Assembly (NCBI GenBank): GCA_049320885.1
Contig: JBMORA010000064.1
Span: 64,001-128,000, forward strand
From: Thermodesulfobacteriota bacterium
GTDB taxonomy: Bacteria; Desulfobacterota; Desulfobacteria; Desulfobacterales; SURF-7
Direction of reading: 5' to 3'
DNA length: 64,000 nt
The notes under the pieces were generated by a model. It saw nothing but the letters and a program-made list of their open reading frames with translations, was not told the origin of the DNA and did not search any database. The translations under genes were made by a program, and so were the position numbers. Numbering within the stretch: the first letter of the stretch is position 1; each line of letters opens with the position of its first letter. Below are positions 58,467 through 64,000 of this stretch, in pieces.

Positions 58467-58790
58467 TCATTCCTTCCGGTTGCCTTTACCTTCAACCAGC
58501 GCTTTGAGGGCCGCGATTTCCGATTTCATCGCCGCAATGTCTTCCGGAGAGGGTACATCCAGCTTTTTAAGGATGTCCCTGACGGATTTTTCGATTCGTT
58601 GCTCCATGTTTTCCCTGGCTTCCTCATACCGTTTCAGCAGTTCGTTGGTGAATTTTTCACCTTCATTTTCGGAAAGTTCTCCTTTTGTGACGAACTCCTT
58701 GGCCCAGTCTTCCACTTCGTCCTTGGTTTTCAAGGCAAAGCCAATGCCCGTCATCATGGTTTTCTTGGCGATATCGAAAAAGTCTGGCAT
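58467..58790 (-). CDS. Phasin-family (PhaF/PhaI-like) small protein
   Basis: GIGFA..TKD....VTKGELSENEG...LDVPSPEDI..L. Directly upstream of the ABC1 kinase. Confidence 0.82.
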   Translation of the reverse strand: MPDFFDIAKKTMMTGIGFALKTKDEVEDWAKEFVTKGELSENEGEKFTNELLKRYEEARENMEQRIEKSVRDILKKLDVPSPEDIAAMKSEIAALKALVEGKGNRKE

Positions 58791-58910
58791 CCCTGTTTTT
58801 CCTTTCAGAAACGTCGATTCACCGTGAAGGCGGATGACGCCCCCACGGTGAACGGGAAGTTGACGATTTCCCGGGCTTGCGGGCATGCCCGGGAGGACCT
58901 AAAAAGAAAG

Positions 58911-60752
58911 TCAACCACCGAAAGCCGCTTCGATCATTTCGACGGCTGCACCGTCGGTTTTCAGAATGGCATCCAGTCTGCCCATGGTCACCGGCAGGAC
59001 ATAATGGATGAAAAACCGCGCCGTCTTGATCTGGCCGTCATAGAAGGCGATCTCCTTGTTCTTTTCCGCTTTGGCACGGATGGCTTCCGGATCGGAGGCA
59101 CCGGCCAGCTTTTCCAGTTTCGGCGCGGCGATGGCGGCCCGCCACAGCAGCATCCAGGCCATGGTTAAGTCGCCGAGGGATTCCAGAAACGGGTGCGCGA
59201 AAATATAGGCCTGCTTGATGCTGTCCGACATGGCTGTCTTCCCGAGGTGCATGGCGGTTTCACTGAAACGATTGAAAACCCGGTCCACGGCATCGGCCAG
59301 CCCGGCGGTCATGGGCTGTTCTTTGGCCGCCCCGATGTGCCGGCGGATTTCCCCCAGGTAGTCGAGGAAGGTCTTGCCTTTGTTCATTCCCAGCTTGCGG
59401 CCGAGGAGGTCGATGGCCTGGATGCCGTTGGTGCCTTCATATATCATGAAAATGCGGCAATCCCGCATCAGCTGTTCCACCGGATATTCCTGGATGTATC
59501 CGTAGCCGCCGTAGACCTGAACGGCGTGACTGGTGACCTCCAGGGCCTTATCGGTGATGTACCCTTTCACGATGGGCGTCAGCACGTCGATGAGCCCCAT
59601 CTGTCTGGCGCGTTCCTCCTCATTTTTTGCCGTGGCGGCCAGATCCCAGCATCGGCCGGTATAGTAAATCAGGCTGCGCATTCCTTCCACGTAGGATTTC
59701 ATGATCATCAGCTGACGGCGGACGTCCGCATGATGGATGATGGGGACCGGGCCCATGTCCGGATTGACCAGGTCGCGGCTTTGAATGCGTTCGCGGGCGT
59801 AATTGAGAGCGTACATATATGCCGCCGTGGAAACCGCGAACCCTTCCAGACCGACGAATTGTCGCGCTTCGTTCATCATGGTGAACATGGCGCGCATGCC
59901 TTTGTTTTCTTCACCCAGCAGGGTGCCGATGCACTGCCCTTTTCCGCCAAGGGTCAGGGAGCAGGTGGCATTGCCGTGCAGACCCATTTTTTCCTCGATG
60001 CCGGTGCAGACCACATCGTTGAATTCACCCAGGCTGCCGTCCGGCTGGATCCGATACTTGGGCACCAGAAAGAGGGAGATGCCCCTGGTGCCTTCCGGAG
60101 CGCCTTCGATGCGGGCCAGGACCGGATGAATGATATTCTCCACCATGTCCTGCTCCCCGCCGGAAATGAAGATCTTGGAACCGGTAATGGAATAGGTGCC
60201 GTCCGGATTTTTTTTGGCCGAGGTGGTCAGGGCGCCGACATCGGAGCCAGCCTCGGGCTCGGTGAGCAACATGGTGCCGGACCATTTGCCCGAGTACATA
60301 TTTTTAAGGCAGGCCTTTTTCTGCGCTTCGGTCCCATAGGTTTCAACCAGTTTGGCGGCACCGTGGGAGAGGCTCTGATACAGCATGAAGGCGGCGTTGG
60401 CCCCATGGAAATACTCGTTGGCCGCCAGGGAAACCAGCTTGGGCATTCCCTGCCCTCCCCATTCCGGGTCGTCGGTCATGGCCAGCCATTCTCCTTCATT
60501 ATACAACTTGTACACTTTGTGAAAACATTCGGGCACCGCGACCTTGCCGTTTTCAAAGCGGCACCCCTCATCCCCCGGTTTCTGCGTAGGCAGTATCTCC
60601 TTGATGGCCAGGTTCCTGGCCTCCGTGACGATCAGGTCGATGGTTTTTTTGTCGAACTCGGCGAATTTTTCATTTTTCGCCAGTTCCGCCGCCCCCATCT
60701 GTTCATGTAAAACAAAATCAACATCTCTTCGATCTGCAATCAGCTGTGCCAT
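58911..60752 (-). CDS. Long-form acyl-CoA dehydrogenase
   Basis: GGQG, GTMLLTEPEAGSD, GSKIFISGG, GISLFLVPK, EEKMGLHG, MMNEAR, QVYGGYGY, IYEGTNGIQ. Confidence 0.95.
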   Translation of the reverse strand: MAQLIADRRDVDFVLHEQMGAAELAKNEKFAEFDKKTIDLIVTEARNLAIKEILPTQKPGDEGCRFENGKVAVPECFHKVYKLYNEGEWLAMTDDPEWGGQGMPKLVSLAANEYFHGANAAFMLYQSLSHGAAKLVETYGTEAQKKACLKNMYSGKWSGTMLLTEPEAGSDVGALTTSAKKNPDGTYSITGSKIFISGGEQDMVENIIHPVLARIEGAPEGTRGISLFLVPKYRIQPDGSLGEFNDVVCTGIEEKMGLHGNATCSLTLGGKGQCIGTLLGEENKGMRAMFTMMNEARQFVGLEGFAVSTAAYMYALNYARERIQSRDLVNPDMGPVPIIHHADVRRQLMIMKSYVEGMRSLIYYTGRCWDLAATAKNEEERARQMGLIDVLTPIVKGYITDKALEVTSHAVQVYGGYGYIQEYPVEQLMRDCRIFMIYEGTNGIQAIDLLGRKLGMNKGKTFLDYLGEIRRHIGAAKEQPMTAGLADAVDRVFNRFSETAMHLGKTAMSDSIKQAYIFAHPFLESLGDLTMAWMLLWRAAIAAPKLEKLAGASDPEAIRAKAEKNKEIAFYDGQIKTARFFIHYVLPVTMGRLDAILKTDGAAVEMIEAAFGG

Positions 60753-61077
60753 GCGTTTTTCTCCTTGCCAGTGTATGTATTGTTTCGCGACGGTTTTCAC
60801 CCCTATCCGAAAGGGCGCAACCGCAGCGGGATTTTGTGCCGGGGAACCATTTCGCGTACTTCGTATTGGAATGTGTTGTAAGCTAGTCGGGATTCGATGT
60901 CAAGGGTCGATGACGAACAGTTTTCTTTTTAATAAATTGATATCATATATAATATTTATAGGTATGGATCAAATCCGGGGCTCTCCGGTTTCCGGTTTCC
61001 GCATGCGGGACCATGGTTTTCCCCGATGATTAGCCATGCCGATGACGCGACGGGTGGGCGGCAGCGGCATTTGTAAC

Positions 61078-61106
61078 TTGACTCAACGGCCTTTCTGGCT
61101 TAGATT
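61078..61106 (+). promoter_or_regulatory. Sigma70-type promoter upstream of cooC-like gene
   Basis: TTGACT, 17 nt, TAGATT. Confidence 0.55.
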
Positions 61107-61180
61107 GCCATTTGTTATTATTCAGTAATTCAGTATCCGCGACCCCGTTTATGCGGATCATAAGGAAAGGAAGGATGGTA

Positions 61181-61930
61181 ATGCCGTTTTCAATCGCTTT
61201 GGCCGGAAAAGGCGGAACCGGGAAAACAACCGTATGCGGGATGTTGATCAAATATCTTGTGAAAAAAGGCATGACGCCGATTTTGGCCGTTGATGCCGAC
61301 AGCAACGCCAATTTAAATGAGGTCCTTGGTTTGAAGGTGCCCGAGACATTGGGCAACGCCAGGGAGGAAATGAAAAAAGGCAATGTGCCCAGCGGCATGA
61401 CCAAGGACATTTTTATCGAAATGAAACTGGAGCAGGCCGTGGCTGAATCCGACGGGTTCGATCTGGTCGTCATGGGGCAGCCGGAAGGATCGGGTTGCTA
61501 CTGTGCCGCCAATACCCTGCTGATCAATTTTTTGGATCGGCTCCAGGGGAATTATGACTATATTGTAATGGATAACGAAGCGGGTATGGAGCATATCAGC
61601 CGGATGACCACCCGGAACGTGGACATTCTGCTGGTGGTGTCCGACCCCTCCCGGCGCAGCCTGCAAGCGGCGGCACGGATCAACAAGCTGGCGGCCGAAC
61701 TGAATATCGGAGTCGGCAAGAGTTATCTGATCATCAACCAGGCCAAGGAACCCCCTTCCATTCAGGTGAATGAAATGCTGAAAGAAGAGGGATTGGTTCT
61801 GGCCGGGTTGATTCCGGAGGACGATACTGTCTACGATTTCGATTTCAAGGGGCGGCCGACCATCGATATGCCGGAAACCAGCCGGTCGGTGGCCGCGGCT
61901 TTCCGGATATTTGACGGCATTTTTTCCTGA
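61181..61930 (+). CDS. cooC: CooC/AcsF-type nickel-insertion ATPase
   Basis: AGKGGTGKTT, VDADSNANL, GCYC metal motif, DNEAGMEHISR. Confidence 0.88.
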   Translation: MPFSIALAGKGGTGKTTVCGMLIKYLVKKGMTPILAVDADSNANLNEVLGLKVPETLGNAREEMKKGNVPSGMTKDIFIEMKLEQAVAESDGFDLVVMGQPEGSGCYCAANTLLINFLDRLQGNYDYIVMDNEAGMEHISRMTTRNVDILLVVSDPSRRSLQAAARINKLAAELNIGVGKSYLIINQAKEPPSIQVNEMLKEEGLVLAGLIPEDDTVYDFDFKGRPTIDMPETSRSVAAAFRIFDGIFS

Positions 61931-61957
61931 AGACGTCCGGGTGAATCGGGTTTCCAC

Positions 61958-62833
61958 ATGATGTCGATTGACACCACCGCCACCAGCGTGTTGCCGGAAA
62001 AGCCGGATCATCTCGCCCCGCATGACGAGCTGCACATCTACTACATCCAGGGGCGGATCGTCGACGGTCTGCTGCCGAATAATAAAGAGTTTATCGGTAA
62101 CTGGGAAGAAGGGGATTTCTCCTTTCTGTTTTTTTCAACCCCCGCGGATGAGGAGGTTGCCCGTATTGTATCCCGCCAACCGTCTCTAATACTGCTGGAC
62201 TGCTACAGAATGCCGTATGTCCAATGGTTGGGCGAAGAACTTCGTCCCTTTTCCGTCGGCGGTTTCCATATCCTCCCGCCCTGGGAGGAATCCCGCGTTG
62301 CCGGGGCCGGGGATAACCGAAAGATCGTCCTGGACCCCGGAGTCGTTTTCGGGACCGGCACGCATGCCACCACCCATGACTGCCTTGAAGCCCTGCAGCA
62401 ACTGTGCTATAAACAAAAAATTGAAACAGTACTTGATCTCGGTACCGGAACGGGTTTGCTCGCCATCGCTGCCTGCCGTTTGAACTGCCGAAGGGTTTTG
62501 GCCGTGGATTTGAATTTTTTGGCCGCCCGGACAGCCAGGCGAAATGCCGCCTTGAACGGGATGACTGACCGCATTCTGGTGGCCCAGGGACGGGCGGAGG
62601 ATTTTATGGACAGGCCCGCGGATCTTATGATATCGAATATCCACTATGACGTGATGAAGGAACTGATCGGTTCGGCGGGATTTGCACACCACCGATGGTT
62701 CATTCTGTCCGGACTGATGCGCAGCCAGGCGCGGGCCGTTTCCGAGCAGCTGAAAAAACTTCCGGTGACGGTGTTGAAGACATGGGAGCGGGATGGTATT
62801 TGGCATACATTTTTCGGAAAAGGGCTGGGGTGA
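61958..62833 (+). CDS. PrmA-like SAM-dependent methyltransferase
   Basis: PPWE, LDPGVVFGTGTHATT, VLDLGTGTGLLAI, ILSGL. Confidence 0.85.
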   Translation: MMSIDTTATSVLPEKPDHLAPHDELHIYYIQGRIVDGLLPNNKEFIGNWEEGDFSFLFFSTPADEEVARIVSRQPSLILLDCYRMPYVQWLGEELRPFSVGGFHILPPWEESRVAGAGDNRKIVLDPGVVFGTGTHATTHDCLEALQQLCYKQKIETVLDLGTGTGLLAIAACRLNCRRVLAVDLNFLAARTARRNAALNGMTDRILVAQGRAEDFMDRPADLMISNIHYDVMKELIGSAGFAHHRWFILSGLMRSQARAVSEQLKKLPVTVLKTWERDGIWHTFFGKGLG

Positions 62834-62857
62834 AGTTATCCGTCTGAAAGGGCGCGC

Positions 62858-63697
62858 ATGTACATTAAATGTTGGGGTTCAAGAGGATCGATACCGGTAT
62901 CGGGAAGAGCATTCAACAAATATGGCGGCGATACCACCTGCCTGGAAATCAGGACCCAGAGCGACGACATCATCATCGTTGATGCCGGCACCGGCATCCG
63001 CAGGTTGGGCAATAAATTGATCGATGAAGAGCGCTATGAGTACCACCTGCTGTTCACCCACGCCCATTGGGATCATCTCATGGGCTTTCCCTTTTTCAAA
63101 CCTCTTTTTACCCGAAAAGCGGAAATCAAGACCTACCGCTGTCCCTTTCCCGGGCGATATGTGGAAGACATGATTTCCAAGGTGCTCGCCCCGCCGAATT
63201 TCCCGGTCAAGTATTCGGACCTGAGCGCCAATTTCGCTTATCAATTCGGTTGCCCGGAGACCATTACCATCGGTTCCATGACCGTGATGCCCATACGGCT
63301 GAGCCATCCCAACGGCGGAAGCGGATATAAATTCGTGGAGGGGGATCGCTCCTTCGTTTTTCTGACAGACAACGAGCTGGGGTTCGTGCACCCGGGAGGT
63401 CTCACCTCACAAGAATACCTTGCCCATGCCAGGGGGGTGGATCTCCTGATCCACGACGCCGAATATACGCCGAAAGAGTATCAGACCCAGATCGAATGGG
63501 GGCATTCTTCCTATATCGACGCTCTTGAACTGGCGTTCCGGGCCGGCGTGAAACGACTTGGTCTGTTTCATTTGAACCAGGAACGCACGGACCGCCAAAT
63601 GGATGCGATCGTCCGTACTTGCCAGAAAATCATCCATGAGAGGAACGAAACATTGGAGTGCTTCGCCGTGGCGAGCGACATGGAGTTCTCCCTGTAA
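62858..63697 (+). CDS. MBL-fold metallo-hydrolase (phosphodiesterase-like)
   Basis: GSRGSIP..YGGDTTC, DAGTG, THAHWDH, HP, TDNE, HDAEY, WGHS, FH. Confidence 0.9.
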   Translation: MYIKCWGSRGSIPVSGRAFNKYGGDTTCLEIRTQSDDIIIVDAGTGIRRLGNKLIDEERYEYHLLFTHAHWDHLMGFPFFKPLFTRKAEIKTYRCPFPGRYVEDMISKVLAPPNFPVKYSDLSANFAYQFGCPETITIGSMTVMPIRLSHPNGGSGYKFVEGDRSFVFLTDNELGFVHPGGLTSQEYLAHARGVDLLIHDAEYTPKEYQTQIEWGHSSYIDALELAFRAGVKRLGLFHLNQERTDRQMDAIVRTCQKIIHERNETLECFAVASDMEFSL

Positions 63698-63805
63698 TTG
63701 GTTCATGGCGGACATGGCGGCCTCTTTTCCCGCAAGCAGTGACCCCAGCGGGGGTATCGGCGCTTCGAATTCGGTGTAACCTTATTTCATCAGTGAGCCT
63801 GAGCA

Positions 63806-64000
63806 ATGGAATCCAAGCGGATTGAAATCGTGGCCCGCCGGCTATTGTCAGCGAACTATGTGGCGGCATTGACCGGCGCCGGCATTTCAGTGGAAAGCGG
63901 TATTCCCCCATTTCGCGGCAAAGGCGGATTGTGGGAGAAAATCGATCCCATGAAATACGCCCATATCCGGTCCTTCATGACCGACCCGGCCGATGTGTGG
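63806..64000 (+). CDS. NAD-dependent deacylase (sirtuin/CobB), 5' part only
   Basis: Hand translation MESKRIE...LTGAGISVESGIPPFRGKGGLW (Sir2 GAGIS motif). Runs off the window edge. Confidence 0.88.
   Translation, partial: MESKRIEIVARRLLSANYVAALTGAGISVESGIPPFRGKGGLWEKIDPMKYAHIRSFMTDPADVW

Noticed and set aside
59193..60710. 505-aa plus-strand ORF
   Set aside because: Antisense to the acyl-CoA dehydrogenase.

Overview
Bacterial chromosomal segment. Gene content and protein style suggest a Desulfobacterales-like anaerobe, which is an inference. From left to right: (1) a cobalamin-riboswitch-controlled B12 uptake unit with a TonB receptor and a BtuF-like binding protein that carries an extra, probably CbiZ-like, C-terminal domain; (2) pyk, signalling genes and mltF; (3) a housekeeping run of nadE, rpiB, glyA, dCMP deaminase, nrdR, ribDE(BA)H, nusB and trpB2; (4) an AT-richer islet with two transposase relics and a TetR/hydrolase pair; (5) pepN plus a solute-binding-protein/histidine-kinase phosphorelay; (6) an arginase next to a TIGR00300-like ornithine cyclodeaminase; (7) a ~21 kb cluster at about 39.9-60.8 kb; (8) cooC, prmA-like, MBL hydrolase and a truncated sirtuin. 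The ~21 kb cluster is the most interesting part and looks like a neutral-lipid (wax ester/TAG) droplet system with no PHA synthase in the window. It encodes a WS/DGAT with a C-terminal CCCH tail, two tandem acyl-ACP-reductase-like paralogs (one has lost the catalytic Cys), a Ser lipase, a ferredoxin, two PhaR-phasin fusions, a phasin-like protein built of five 22-residue apolipoprotein-like repeats, two ABC1/UbiB kinases, an FFLEELY-motif protein and an acyl-CoA dehydrogenase. It also holds three copies of a 17-bp palindromic operator (ATGACGCA-n-TGCGTCAT), two of them placed identically inside sigma70 promoters. All family assignments come from motif recognition by eye; no database searches were run.
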